Assembly (NCBI GenBank): GCA_030264375.1
Contig: JASCQW010000061.1
Location: forward strand, 118,896,150 to 118,960,149
DNA from: Carcharhinus longimanus
Lineage: Eukaryota
Length of the DNA: 64,000 nucleotides
Reading direction: 5' to 3'
Notes under the pieces: generated by a model
What the model was told of the DNA's origin: nothing
Database searches by the model: none
What the model saw: only the letters and a program-made list of their open reading frames with translations
In this document: positions 50,730 through 64,000 of the stretch, piece by piece
How the letters are laid out: every line of letters starts with the position of its first letter
How positions within the stretch are numbered: the first letter of the stretch is position 1
Position numbers and translations under genes: made by a program

Positions 50730-52020
50730 TTTTAATTCTTGAGATGTGGGCATTGCTGGCAAGGCCAGCATTTATTACCCATCCCTAATTGCTCATGAGA
50801 AGGCAGTAGTAAACTGCCTTCTTGAACTCCTGCAGTCCATGTGCTGCAGGTATACTTACAGTGCTCTTCAGATGGGTATTCCAGGATTTTGCCCCAGAAA
50901 CAGTGACGGAACGGCGATTATAGTTTCAAGTCAGGAAGGTGTGTTGCTTACAGGTGATGGTGTTTTCACGTGCATCCCGACTTTGCTCTTACAATAGAGG
51001 TCAGAAGCTTCTGCCGAAGATGTCTTGGCGAGTTGCTGCAGTGCTTCTTGTCGATTGTACATGTTGCTGCCACTCTGCACTGGCGGTAGAGAGAATGAAC
51101 ATTTAAGGCAGTAGATGGGGTGGCAACAAGTGAGCTGCTATTCCCTGAATGGCGTCAAGTTTATTAAACTGTTGTTGGAGCTGCAATCACCCAGGCCAGA
51201 GGGAAGTATTCCATCAACTCCTGACTTGTGGACATGCTCTAGGGAGCGAGGAGATGTGTTAATCGAACAAGCTGATCCAATTAGGTTTCTGGTCGATGGT
51301 GAGTCTTGCAATATCAAACGATGGTAGCGCTGTTAAATGTCATGTGGCGTGGTTAGACTGTCTTTTGTTGTGGGCATTCATTGTTTGGCAAGACAACTAC
51401 TTGCTACTTGTCAGTGCAAACCTGAATATTATCCAGGTTCTGCCTCACACAGCCACTGCCGCTTCATTATCTGAGGAGTTGTAAATGGAACTCTAACACT
51501 GAGTNNNNNNNNNNNNNNNNNNNNNNNNNNNGATGGTCAATAACAAAGCAGGTGAAGAAAGTCGGGCCGATCTTCAGGAACTCCTGGAGCTAAAATGATT
51601 GACTCAACAACTGTATTCATCTTCCTTTGTGCTAGTGATGACTCAAACCAACAGAGAACTTTCCCCCTTATTCCCATCAACTTCAGTTTTTGGGCTCCTC
51701 GTGCAAATGCTGCCTCGATGTTAAGGTTAGTCACTCTCACCTCCCCTCGCCTCTGGAATTGAACTCGTAATGTCCATGATAAGGCTATGATGAGGTCTGA
51801 ATATGAATGGTGCTGGCAGAACCCAAACTGATGAGTTTATTAGTGAGTAATTGTTAGTTGATATCACTGTCAGCAATATTTCCCATTACTTTACTGATGA
51901 CTGAAAGTAGGCTGATTGGCCAGATTGGATGTATTCTGCATTTTGTGGACAGAACGTGACCTGGACAATATTTCACATTGCCATGTCGACGCTAGTATCG
52001 CAACTGTATTGGAACACCTT
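50730..52020 (-). mobile_element. CR1-like LINE 3' portion
   Basis: Antisense tail gatgtgggcattgctggcaaggccagcatttattacccatccctaattgc. ORF QKLKLMGIRGKVLCWFESSLAQRKM. Confidence 0.8.
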
Positions 52021-52720
52021 ACTGCACGCTTTAATCATTTTAATTTGTGTGTTGGATAGTGATTTCGTACTGGTGATTTTTTTTTGTCATAAATTTCTTT
52101 CTCAAAGACGTTGAATACTCACTGGGATAGGATTCTATGGATACCTGTCACATCTCAATGTCTTGCCAAAGTAGCAATTTTTCTTGCAGTGCTATTCCTC
52201 TAACAGGATTAACCGAATAATAGCTGATAGTGGAAAACTTGGATATTCCTATCTATTGCCTAATCCACCTCAGTTGTAACATTCCTACTCCTATCACGCT
52301 GAACTTCAGGTCAAACCTGGAAATTCCTTGGTTGCAAAGCTCAATTACTCACTCGATAAAGTTGCTGACTGTCTGAACAGTTGAGAAATATTTTAAATTG
52401 ATATACCAGTAACATAAAATCTTTAAATTGTTGAAATGTTGTAAAAGTGAAATCTTGAAATGCTTTGAATAAAGATATGAACAGCCATCCAGAGCTGTCA
52501 TTAAATTGAGTGATGCCGATTACAAATCCATATAAACAAATGCAGCTGTGGTTATTTTAAGAATGAAATGAGTCCAAATATGTAACTTCAAAATCAAAGT
52601 GAGTCGATCTCACTCTAAATGAGCGATGGCTGATTTTTGAGGACTAATCATCTTTATAAACAAATCCAAGTAAATGCCCCCATTATTCTCAAGAATTTTC
52701 ATCTTGTCTTTATCAACTAG

Positions 52721-52870
52721 AATAAAGAAGGCACTCATTACTTCTGAGAATATGTTTGAAGAAGTGCCCATTATTATCAAGAATTCTCACCTCGTCAATG
52801 TGCTGTTGTGGGAACTGGAAGAAAAATCGAATGTGGCTGAAAAACAGGAACTCCTCAATCTGGCTAGTGG
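52721..52870 (+). CDS. EIF3H: eIF3 subunit H, internal coding exon (exon 5 equivalent)
   Basis: (G)[49 protein letters not shown](G). ctAG acceptor, GTaagt donor at 52871, 150 nt, phase 2/2. Confidence 0.96.
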
Positions 52871-55041
52871 GTAAGTCAGCTTTCTTTCATCTACTTGTTT
52901 TTTTAAGAACATGTCTTTTTGTAAATTAAAACTGCCAGTAAAAGTTTCCATCTTATTGGCATTTGTAACAATGTTGGGAGATAAGTTCCTCATTATTTAG
53001 GCTTGTTTTGTTGACATAACTGAAGGTGAATAAGCCTTCATTAGTGTTGCTATGTTTTTGACCAGTTATCACCATGGTGGCTTTTGCAGCACCAGCTGTT
53101 TGCTTAACAAGGGGTTTTGCAATGAACATTTTCCTCTTTTCCTTTCCTGTTTGCAACAGTATGAGCCTCAGGCAGTGGTTGTTCTCCATTACCTAACCCG
53201 TGGGGCCATTCCTGTGTGCGAATCTCGACACTAAGTTGAGAGGGACGTCACAGCCAAGCGCAATTGTGACCTCGCTCAGTGTCCGTTTACAAGGTCGAAA
53301 AGGGGTGTTTGCAAAAGGTTCAGAAGTGGAAAGCTTAGGTGATTTTTCCTTGCCCCCAGTACAGTGCAGCAGAAGCTGTGTGTAGCACCTGTGCTAACAT
53401 CCAGCATGGCATCAAGTAAGGATTAAATCTTGAATGTGTGTTTTACGCTGTTCAGGAGTTTTCCAAACATCTTTTCCCTCTATTAGTACTTTTCTCCACG
53501 TGCATGCATTCCTTAGTCAACCTTGAATTTGTGAACAGCATTGCCATTTGTGCTAATATATAATGTATCCATTCCATTATACTTCATATTTCATCTGAAA
53601 CCAATATTGTTTTAGATTTTTTTGTACTGAAAGCAGTACTTGTAGGTTTCATTAATTTTTTTTATCAGTGGAGCAGCCTCTGCTGTTTACACAGCACGAA
53701 ATAATAGAACCATAGGAAGGTTACAGCAGAGAAAGAGGCAATTCTAGCTGCATCAAGTTCATAGCCTTGCAGGTTACAGCACCTCAGATGCAAATCCAGA
53801 CATCTTTTAAAAGGGTTGAGGATTTTGTCTCAGCCATTAATGCAGGCTATGATTTCCAGACACCCACCGTCCTCTGGGTGAAAATATTCTTCTAATAACC
53901 CCTCTAATATTTCTACCAGTCATCTTAAATCTGTGTCCCTCAGTAACTGACCTCTGTGCTCGGGGAAACAGATCCCTCCTGCCTAATCTTACCTAGCCCT
54001 TCATAATTTTGTACACCTCAATCAAATTAAACCCTCAGCCTTCTCTATTCTAATGAAAACAACTCTCGAATATCCAATCTTTCCTCATAGCTGCAATTTT
54101 TCAGCCCTAGCAACATTCTTGTAAGTTTTTTCTGTGCCCTCTTTCCAGAGTATTTATGTCCCTTCTGCAGTGTAGTGATCAGAACTGTATGCAAAACTCA
54201 AGCAATGGCCTAAGTGTTTCATACAGTTCCAGCATTACATTGTTGCTTCTATATTCAATATGTCATCCAGTAATGAAAAGCACTCCAAATGCTATCTCTA
54301 CCACCTTATCTACTTTCTCACCACCTTCAGCGACCCATAGACATGCACTCCAAGGTCCCTTATTTCCTGTAACCGTCTCAATATCTTCCCATTTATTGAG
54401 GATTCCCTTGCTTTGTTTGCCCTCACAACATGCATCACCTCACCCTTTCCAGATTGAATTCCATCTGCCACTCCCCTGCTCACTCATTGATATCATTCTG
54501 GAGTCCACCGCTATGCTCTTCACTGTCAATTACATGGCCAATTTTTGTGTCATCGGCAAATTTCCCAGTCAATCAATTTCCCACATTTAAGTCCAAACCA
54601 TTAATATATACAACAAACAACAAGGGACCCAACACAGCCTGGTGGAATGCCACTGGAAGGTCCTTTCCTTTCGCTAAAACATTGATCAGTCATTACTCTT
54701 TGCTTTCTGTCACTGAGCCAATTTTGAGTCCAACTTGCCACATTCCTTTGTATCCCCTGGATTTTAATTTTTCTGATCAGTCTGCCGTGTGGGATCTTGT
54801 AAGATGCCTTATTAAAATCCACGTGGACCACATTCACTGCATGACCCACCTCGTCCTACTCGTTACTTCCTCAAAAAATTAAATTATTCTAGTAACACAT
54901 GACCTTCCCTTAAGAAAACCATGCTGACAATCCCTGATTAATCTGTGTCTTTCTAAGTGATAGTTTATCCTGACTCTCAGAATTGATTCTAAAAATTTTC
55001 CTACCACTGAATCAGATTGACCATCCTATGTTATTCTTTGG

Positions 55042-56049
55042 TGTTACGATCCCAGTTGCTGTTACTCCAGGACAGGAGAGTCCCAGAACCTTGGTTCTAA
55101 AGGCAGCATTCAATCCAGCCACCAATTGCTTCACAATGGCCTCAAATTTTACTTCACAGGTTGTAATAAGATGGCACCAATCTTAGATATCTCTGGTTTC
55201 TCACAAGCCATCTTCAGCAGGTTTGATCTTTTCAGCTCTGTCTTTAACTTCAATGAACAGTACCCATTCCAGTTCTAGTTACAGAATCCCTACAGTGTAG
55301 AAGTCTGCACCGACCACAACGCTACCCAGCCCCACGTGTTTAATCTGCTAGACCCCCAACACTAAGGGGCAATTTAGCATGACCAATTAACCTGATCCGC
55401 AACGCACATCTTTGGTTTGTGGGAGGAAACCCATGCAGACACGGGGAGAATGTGCAAACTCCGCACAGACTGTGACCCAAGCCGGGAATCGAACCTGGGT
55501 CCCGAGTACTGTGAGGCCGCAGTACTAGCCACTGTGCCACCGTACCGCCCGTGTTCTCTTGTTCCTTTAACTTCAGTTTCCGGGAATTTATTTTTTCATT
55601 CCCTGGTTTCTCGGACTAAATGCCCTTTAGTTTCTGGGACTTGTGTTCTTGCCCATTACTCCATTCTTCTACTTCTGCTTCTGGAGGGCTGAGACTGCTG
55701 ATTTCTCTCTAACTGCCAAACTCCTGCTGTCTGACTACAACTGAACTAATAACACCTCGTCTTTTACCAAAAGATGGCCGATGGTTGCTAAGCAACAGCA
55801 CATTCTTTTTCCAGGCTTTTGTTTACCTTTCACGTTGTACACTCTCCAAGCACAATAGAAAGAGAGAGGGAGCTTAAAATGAAACTAGAAAGCTCATACA
55901 TGCCATCACTTTTGTTTAACATGAAGTTAACTAGAGTTTTACCCTTTCTTATACAGAAACACTAAATTAAACCCACTTAAATCTATACCTTATTTCTATT
56001 ACCCAACGCTGCTAACATCGATCACTTAAAACTATTCTGCTTCTTGACA
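55042..56049 (-). mobile_element. Probable solo LTR
   Basis: TG...CA ends (tgttacga / tcttgaca) and 4-bp TSD ttgg at 55038-41 / 56050-53. Removing it restores CR1 continuity. Confidence 0.65.
55280..55550 (-). mobile_element. HE1 V-SINE, full head, inside the LTR
   Basis: Minus strand gggcggtacggtggcacagtggctagtactgcggcctcacag..gggacccaggttcgattcccggc, V domain and HE1 tail. Confidence 0.9.
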
Positions 56050-58189
56050 TTGGCTTACATGTCACACCATTTTCAATCAATTGTTCAAATTTTGCAGACC
56101 TCCAATACTCTGTATCTAGTGAGGATTGAAAAATGATCCTCAGGGCATCCGCTATATCCCCCCCGGCTTCCAGTAATAGCCTGANNNNNNNNNNNNNNNN
56201 NNNNNNNNNNNNNNNNNNNNNNNNNNNNNNNNNNNNNNNNNNNNNNNNNNNNNNNNNNNNNNNNNNNNNNNNNNNNNNNNNNNNTGAGATGAAGTCCACC
56301 CAACCCTGGTGATATATCCACTCTCAAGGATGTCAGTCCCTCCAGCCCTTTCTTTATTGTTATGCTTGTTGCATCTTAAATTTCATACTCCTCCTCATTA
56401 ACTAAAGTGCCTGCAGAAATCACGTGACCAATGGAAGTACCCTCTCCATTCCACTAGCCATGACTGCAAGTAACTACTGAAATTTTGTCAATCAGGATGC
56501 TCAAAAGTTGTTGGATGTACAACCAAAGTAGAAATATGATGAATAATTTGTGAAAAGGACAAAGAAATGAGACTAGAATATACGGCTCCCAAATAGAGCA
56601 AGCATGAGCACATAATTTGGGCACCCCAGATTTGTAATTATCAAAATTAGATTTAGAGACTGAGGAAATGTTTTAGTGCTAGGATTTTGAAGCACTGAAA
56701 TATACTGTTCGCCTGAGCAGTATCCACACAGATGAGAAACAAAAACTTCCCGTCTCTGCTCTGAGAGGAGTGGGAGTGTTGGTGGTCCAGGGGTGTGGGA
56801 TTGCTATGTTTTCCTGCGACCAAAGTTGCACTTAAGCATTCAGCCAATTACTTGTGTGGAAAGCGTGGGTGAAAAATATAACCTGGCTCAGTTGCAAAGG
56901 TATTACAAAATGAAGATTGGATGAGAACACATGATTTAGATTACGTAGGATGGATAATTTTGAATTCAGGTGCGTGAATCACAGTCCCAGAGTTCAGTTG
57001 GAATATAAGCAATCTGTACCTAGTAATGATTCATTTCCTGTTGAACCATTCTGCTACAGAAACCATCCTTTCAAGATAATAGAAACAGTTTTGCACAGGC
57101 AAGATGGTCTTTAAAGTAATTGAGGTGTGTGACTTTTTGATGACACCTTTATCTAAGTTTATCATCTGTAAAGGCCTTTTGGCTATGCTGTCTGCATTTA
57201 ATGTTTTAACAATTGCCAGCCCAATTTTAATATTTGAAAGTAACTTAAACTGATGAAGTGTATCAAGTCTGAACGACCTATAGACACATCCCTTTATCAA
57301 TTAAAGGATTAACATATTATTCTCAGGAATGTAATTATGCAGTGAAAGCCAAGACATTTTAAACCTCGAATTTTGAGTTTAGCAGCCAAATGAAGACCCT
57401 GGGTAGTTGTCTGAAATACTCAAGTTAATTGCACTGCCACACTGAAGGTAACTAAACAATTGAAATCTATAACAGATTTTTATCATGCAAAAAATCTTTT
57501 TTACAGAATGCACTTTTTTTTAAACCGATTGTTGAATGCCTGATATAGGATAACACTGTCATAATCTGGATCGAAATACAAATGACCTGTCACTGTATAA
57601 ACAGGACATTTTGCATGTTATTCGTGTTAATACTTCTTCCTGCCTGATTCAATGTTAAAGCTTTGGTGCCTTTCATAAATGTATATGCGTAAGAGAGAGA
57701 TTGGACACGCAGCTGGATTGCAGGGATGGTTGCATTTCAGCCTCAACCATAAGTTGTTTCACTTGATATCCACAACACTTTGCGCAGGGATCAGTGAGCA
57801 ATAGTAAGGTAAAAAAGCCTCATTTTCTTAGCTTGAGACCAGGGAAGAATTTAAAAACCTAAAATTGTTCAAGCCTGGGACTCTCCCTGTCTGATTTGTT
57901 CAACTACCCTGTACTTTAACCAGCTAAGGCTTGAGGGAACCTGAAGAGCATAGGAAAGCATGTACCCAGGATACAGCAACTTGGTCCATCTCACATTCCC
58001 AGAATTCAAAATGTATACATAATTCTCTTCTGTACTGATAGATCTAGATCTCTTAATTTGATTTGCTGGCTTGCTTTTCCGACTGCTCCTTAAATTGCTA
58101 ACATTATTGACTTCAGTCACTTGGATATTGCACCATAACTATTCTCTTGTTAAACTAATTTGCTCATTCATTTTCCCTCAATAGCATTT

Positions 58190-58830
58190 CTTCGGCTTTA
58201 ATAAGCAGCTTCTTAGTATTCCACTTCCCAATATTTTTAAGAATCTTAAACACTTCAACAAGGTTACCTCAGTCTTCTCTGATGTCAACAAATGTAGCAT
58301 AAGCAGTTTCTCCATCATCTGTGTCAACTTAACAGTTCAGTCAGGCCAACCTTCTCCAAAGCTACAATGAGCGTTATGTAATATTGCAAACCAGAACGGA
58401 ACATTCGTTCACGTTAGTGCATTAACATAGGTTTGGTATCATATCCTGTGTACATTTTGTTCCATAATACTGTACGACCCAGATCCTACGTGCCTATTAT
58501 TTGAACTGCTGCCATGCACTGTTGCAAACAGTTTCTATGAGTTGCCTGTCAATAGTCCTGTTCCTGGCTCTCATGCAGACTAATACTATTTAGGCCCAAT
58601 ATTTACTCTGCTCCTCTACTGTCATGATGTTGCATTTGCTGACTTTGAAGCTCAGTTGCCATTTACCTAGTCTTATTTTCCCAATCCTAGATTTTCTCTA
58701 CACCTGATTAATGTGCTTTAATTGTTTACAATCCATCAGACCTTGTCAGCATTGGCAGTTGTTATCAATCATCTCTGAGTACCCATTTTCAGATCATTGA
58801 TAAACAGTATGAGTAGCAAAGGACCCAGCA
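58190..58830 (-). mobile_element. Highly decayed CR1-group LINE
   Basis: Antisense RT-region residues (agatcattgataaacagtatgagtagcaaaggacccagcac; ttgcatttgctgactttgaagctcagttgcca). Confidence 0.5.
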
Positions 58831-60039
58831 CTATTTAAGCATTGACATTAATATGCAATGAATATTTAAATTAAATTGAATGAGTTTCTTCATGAACTCA
58901 GTGACACAATTCAGTTTTTATGAAGTGTTGTACATGTGTATCATGCAATGTAAAACTCCTTCTCTTTGCCCGAGCAGAATGTACCTGAGTAGCATGCTGA
59001 TTTTATTTTGGAACGTCTGCCTATAAAGAAAGATTGAACTGAAAAGGATTCAAACCAGTTAAGCACATAACTGAGTTCAGGTTGCAGTTACGCATTGTAT
59101 TCCAGGTGAATTGAGATGTACAGCACTGTTAAATGGAGTAATTTTAATCAGATGGTATCCGCATTAAATCTGATTTTGGTTATTAGATTTTTTTCTTAGC
59201 ACCTAACTGAGTCATCATTGTCCTCTCACTGTTGTTGGAGAACTTCGGTGCAATCTTTTACTCATTCCCTGGCCTGTATTCCTCATGTTAATTTAGGTTT
59301 TCACTTTGCCGTGCCAGCTGCCACAGTTACTGTGCCTGGGGAGAATAATCTTGCCTCTTGGCAACGTGTGCACCTTTAAACCTTAATAGTAATTTTTCCC
59401 AGTCAAGCTATTTTGGAATTATTTAATAAAGCTAGCTCATCTCATCATCTCCAGTGGGGCTTTCTAAATCATTGACCTATTTATTACACTCTGGGTAGAT
59501 TTAATATTTGTTTCTGACAATATTCTTGTTTTGTGCTCAATAAAATATCCTGAAATTTGTCTTCTGTTGTTGAAGCCAATGCAAGCAGTTAGAGATTCTA
59601 ACATTTTTCTTGGCATGTTGGAAGTGTGTCCAGTTAAATATGAGCTTTAATCCTTTTTAAAATGCTGTCAGTGGGAGACACAGTCTTCACCAAATTTTTG
59701 TGGACATAGTTCTGGTGGTAGTCACAAATTAAAAGGTTTGGAGATGGGTGGTGACGAGAGAAAGGGAGAGACCTTTTGATTACAGTCTTTTTCCCAAACA
59801 ATAGAAGAAACCTTGTGGATTAGAAATTGATAATGCTGCTTACAGACTACATAAAGTTTGAAGAGTGAATTCATAAAAAGAGCAATTTTGCCTCTGGTTC
59901 ATTTTTGACAATGCGTATCTTGAGATTTTGTAATTGTGCATAGATAATGAAATTGGGGTCTCCATTTTTTTTACTGGAAAATTCAGTCTTTTCAAATCAT
60001 ATGCAAAGTTCATGGATATTTTAAATTGCCAGCAGACTG

Positions 60040-61970
60040 AATGAAAAAATACATGGTGCTGTTTATTTACTCTGCTGAGCTTTGGTTATTTTCCACTTCC
60101 TATAAAGAGACTACTGAATTGCGAATGAAGCTGCATATAGATCTCGCTGTCCCAACATCTATGTCCACCAACCTTCATGGATCTGTTGCTTGTGTGCAGT
60201 TGTTGAGGAGAGGCTCCAAGGTTCACAACCCTGTCAAGAAGTTTCCATCACCACAAGACTTGGCAAATGTGGCCTGCATGTGATTTTGTTTTAAATGGTT
60301 ACCTTGGAGTGCCGACATTATAACATGATCTTGATGGGTTGGTAACCAAATTGTGATGAATGCAACCACCTCCTGCTTTTGCTGTTGGTGAAATACGCAG
60401 TCTTCCTTCACCTTTTCTGCCATTGAGAACTTTCTGCTCACATCAGGACTCCATGCATTCATCCTATGACTTTGTGATGAAAAATAACTTCAGGAAATGA
60501 CAATTGATAACTGTCTTCAATGCCAGAAATAAATCACACTGCGCAGATTATCAAGGTATTTCTCTTTTGACCGTAGCGGGAAAAAATGTGACATGCATGC
60601 TCCTGAATCAACTGCTGCTTGTGGCTGAGGTAGTCCACCCAGAGACACAATTTGGCTTTATACGTCTTTGTTGCCGGACAAATCCAAGAAAAATGTCAAG
60701 GATAATGCCAGGAACTCTTGTTGCATTTATCAACCTGGCCAACCTGGATTATGCTACAAAGGATTGGATAATCAAGAAACTTCTTCACAATCCCCCAAAT
60801 GCTTCAAGATGATATGATTGCTGCTGCTTTGAATTGGCAATCTGAAAGAAACACCATCAAAATTTGGACAGGGTTCAAGCAAGGCTCTTTGACAGCCCCT
60901 GTACTATTTACTATCTACTTGACAATACCTATTCACCTCATAGATAAACTGATCTCTGATGTCAGTTTTACATAATAGCTAGGTGGAAAACGCTTTGAGC
61001 TCCATCGCCTCTGTGGTAAAACTGAAGTGACCACCGTAGGCAAATACGATCTACTGTTATCAGACGATTGCAGTGTCGAGCTCTTTCCTTCTCAACCTCA
61101 ATTCTGAATACAAAACTCAGCCAAAACAAAACTCTCAGATCAGCCCACGCCAAGAATTTCACCTCCCGTATATGTTGAACGAGGGACTCTAGAATATATC
61201 GAGCTCTTCCCACACCTTGGCAGCCATCTCTCTCAGAAGGCCGCAATTAATGAGGAGATCCAACTGGGCCAGGTCAGCCTTCTATAAACTATGGTTGCAA
61301 GTGTTTGACAACAAAGACTACAAGTCAACAGCAGCTTTTGAGCAGCTGCCATCACCAAACCCCTACATTGCAGTTGCAGTGAGCCCAGGATTGTATTAGT
61401 GACACGTAAGAGAGTTAGAGAAATTCCACCAGCAATGCTTCGGTCGGAGGACTGTCGAACAAACTCTGGCTTCAATCTCAAAATCAGCTCCACAAGCATT
61501 GAAGCAAAACTCCTGCAAAATCAACTTTGATGGGCTGATCACTGTCTGATTGGCTGAAGGGTAAGTAACCCCAAGCCTCCATGTCCTGCTTTCTCAAAAG
61601 GCCAGCATTCCAGGGGCAGACAAAGAAAATGCTTCGAAGATAATCTGAAGCTCTCCCTGAAATGCAATAGCATTGATATTAATAACTGGGAAACTTGCTA
61701 CCAATTGTTCAAAATGGAGACAGCTTGTCAGTCAAGCTGCATCATGTTTTGATTCATACCTTCTGAATGATGAGTCAGAGTAGTAACAGAGAAAGAAAAG
61801 GAAATAAGTTTTACACCCTGGTTCCCACTACATCATGGGATATTCCATCCCATGTGTCCAAAGGCCCATGGCTTGAAAATCGGCCTGTTTGCTCACAGGA
61901 AGACCCATGGCAGAATCTTGCGAACCGCAGTAGATGTCCTCTTTGAATCGCAAGACAGCCGATAATAATG
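60040..61970 (+). mobile_element. Decayed RTE-clade LINE
   Basis: KSHCADYQGISLLTVAGKNVTCMLLNQLLLVAEVVHPETQFGF, GFKQGSLTAPVLFTIY, FPHLGSHLSQ, C-terminal PMCPKAHGLKIGLFAHRKTH knuckle and a short (ATA)n-like tail. Confidence 0.8.
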
Positions 61971-62190
61971 AAAAGGCACTCCCTTCCACAATGTCCAGGG
62001 GGGTGATCTACGTCTAGGTTTCTGCAGTTTTACTTTGCAGCCGCTGAGCAGGTTATACATGAGAGAATCCTTGTGTTTTGGCAGAAAATATTTTGCCTTC
62101 AAAAGGACAAGTTAATATAGTCCAGAAGTTCTAATGAAAAGCCGTGATCATTATACTGATAATTTAATAGCGATATGTTCTTAACTAGCT

Positions 62191-62924
62191 TGTTATGAAT
62201 GCGAGACTTAACAAGTCGGTTATGTTTCAAACTGTCTCTTATAATTGGAAGCAAAAGAGCATGTCTTGGAATGGGGGATGGTGTGAAATCATGCTAACAT
62301 CTGCCCAGAGACATGTGATTCAGTTGTAATGGGGACAGAGGCTCAGATTGAAACTCATAGAAACTCTAATGCTTGTTTTCATACTTTGGCACAAAAGAGG
62401 GACAGCTGGTCTTGATGACAGACAAGAGTGGATGGAAGACTGAAAGCAGTTGATGCTTTTCATTGATCACCTGTGTTTTAACCATCAAGTGGGATACTGG
62501 TGAGAATGGATTCCTGTTTGAAGGGATTGAACTTATTGAAGTTTAAAGACAAAGGAGTTGCCAGAGGGTGCCTCGATGATTGAAAAGGACACAGGAAGAC
62601 TTGCCCTGGTGCAGCATGGAGAAGCGAACCAGTTGAATAGTCAGGAAGAATTTGGGACTTGAACTATAAATATACGCTGAGAGTATTGTGTAATATATAA
62701 AGGTGCCATGCGGTTTCTAACTGTTTTAATTAGTTTATGGGGAGATGACCTTTTTTGTCATTTAGTGTGTTAGCTGCTTACTATGTAATGTTTAGTCTAA
62801 GTTGATTTTATTTGGGTTTTTTTTACAGTAAGAGTCTTAAAGCATAAAACCATGTGTAATTCTCTCCATTTGTTGCTGGGAAGTTCATTTTTTTTAAAGT
62901 TACATGTTAATGGGAATTTTAGCA
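62191..62924 (+). mobile_element. Possible old solo LTR
   Basis: tgtta...tagca ends, imperfect TSD agct/aact, TATA-like tataaata at ~62665. The end gggaattttagca resembles the minus-strand end (gggatcgtaaca) of the LTR at 55042. Confidence 0.42.
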
Positions 62925-64000
62925 AACTGCATTTCTTATTCCTCAACCGTATCTATTTTATGGTACAACGGTTTACATTATTATTAATAGTTCACTTGTA
63001 AAAAAAAACATAAAACATGGTTGCTTCAAAATTAAATTTAAAACTCAGATTAGTGGGAACTTTAGCTTTGAAGGACCTCACTTATATTTGAACAAATAGC
63101 TCTGAAAAAAGAGCAGTGCCCAATTTGTGACTATTATACTTCAGAACTGATATTCTAAGAAGCATGCTATTTTAATGTTCTTCAAATTCTATTGAAGGTC
63201 ATGCTTAATATACTTAATGTACTTTATCTTTACGTACGTTTGCTTGCTTTGCTGATAGCGGGTACACAAATGATAGGCACTGCATTGGCACTAATGCATC
63301 CTGTCAGGATCAACTGCTTCTCAGTTTCTGCATAAAATTCACATATGATTAGTGTTGTACCTGACAATATTAGCTGCTCATTCTGGAAAATTCAATTTAT
63401 ATGTGTCTAATTTGTAATACAAATGGAGCCATCAATCTTTTTAAATTAGGCACAGCATTTTCCTCGGTAAAATCATACCCATCCTGCCAATTTAAATTGT
63501 CTTTAGATTTTGTTTGACCATCTGTGAGCCCATAGCAACTGACAGTTCTATCCCTTGCAGTTATTAAACCAGCTTTCCCTTGAAAATTATTAGCAGGGAA
63601 CAAATAATCCAGGAGGGGCCAGTAACGTGATACTTTACTGGTCGGGTAGCAGATTTCTGCGCTGTTATCGACCAGATTTTACATCATAACATTAGCGTGT
63701 TTCTACTCATGTCTGCAGGATTAGCATGACCGGTTACACACACCTTAATATTGAACCGTTTGAATTTTGATGAATAATATTCTCCATTATTTGGGAATTT
63801 TGACTTGTTATTGAGACAAAGAACAAAGGGTAACAGCTGCAATTTCCCAAGAGATGCATTCTCACATTATTGGGCTAATCACTGAGCAAAGAGGTTGACT
63901 TTCCCTAAAATGAAGAGAGATGGAGAAGGGGATGTATAATTGCATTTAGTTATAAAGGAAGATTATTGGGGCTTTTTGGGGAAAGTTGCCTTGGTGTACA

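Larger units (their letters stand above)
5404..56284. other. Eight assembly gaps: 5404-5503, 23189-23288, 36953-37206, 41515-41524, 43979-44489, 49758-49857, 51505-51531, 56185-56284
   Basis: Runs of N. Four are exactly 100 N (probably placeholders of unknown size), mostly inside repeats. Confidence 0.99.
53705..56330 (-). mobile_element. CR1 LINE (RT to 3' end) interrupted by a solo LTR
   Basis: VNVVHVDFNKASYKIPHGRLIRKIKIQGIQRNVASWTQNWLSDRKQRV..SSGIP. Resumes after 56050 (RLLLEAGGDIADALRIIFQSSLDT). Confidence 0.85.

Noticed and set aside
57173-57185. Second U2-like string ggccttttggcta
   Set aside because: Only 13 nt with no further U2 similarity on either side; compatible with chance.
62400-62445. 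Resemblance to EIF3H exon 6 (QLLMDRVDEM)
   Set aside because: The frame does not hold, there is no acceptor and the downstream peptide is absent; it lies inside a probable LTR. Exon 6 is probably beyond the window.
1-64000. Prokaryotic-style systems (operons, CRISPR arrays, defence islands)
   Set aside because: Spliced exons, vertebrate SINEs/LINEs and the absence of long ORFs or regularly spaced direct repeats show eukaryotic intronic DNA.

Overview
Vertebrate genomic DNA, not prokaryotic. The repeat content (HE1/V-SINEs, CR1, L2, Penelope, Deu-type SINEs) points to a cartilaginous fish (shark). The window lies inside the EIF3H gene (+ strand). Three coding exons are resolved at exact splice sites: 39668-39835, 46255-46354 and 52721-52870, matching human exons 3-5 in size (168/100/150 nt) and phase. 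I did not find exons 1-2 or 6-8, so the rest is read as intron: decayed, often nested retroelements, small DNA transposons, two probable solo LTRs, some repeat-free enhancer-like blocks and eight assembly gaps. Nearly all other ORFs in the track are spurious or TE debris. The most unusual signal is a ~180-nt U2 snRNA-derived element at 45084-45266 (-). It keeps an intact stem-loop I, carries a duplicated and rewritten branch-point-recognition segment, and has IIb-like and Sm-like motifs; it is a candidate U2-derived SINE or variant U2. Also notable: Penelope-type insertions with hammerhead ribozyme cores and a shared precise terminus, and V-SINEs with three different 3' tails. Repeat family names are by-eye recognition from memory, not database searches, and repeat boundaries are approximate unless TSDs or TIRs are cited.
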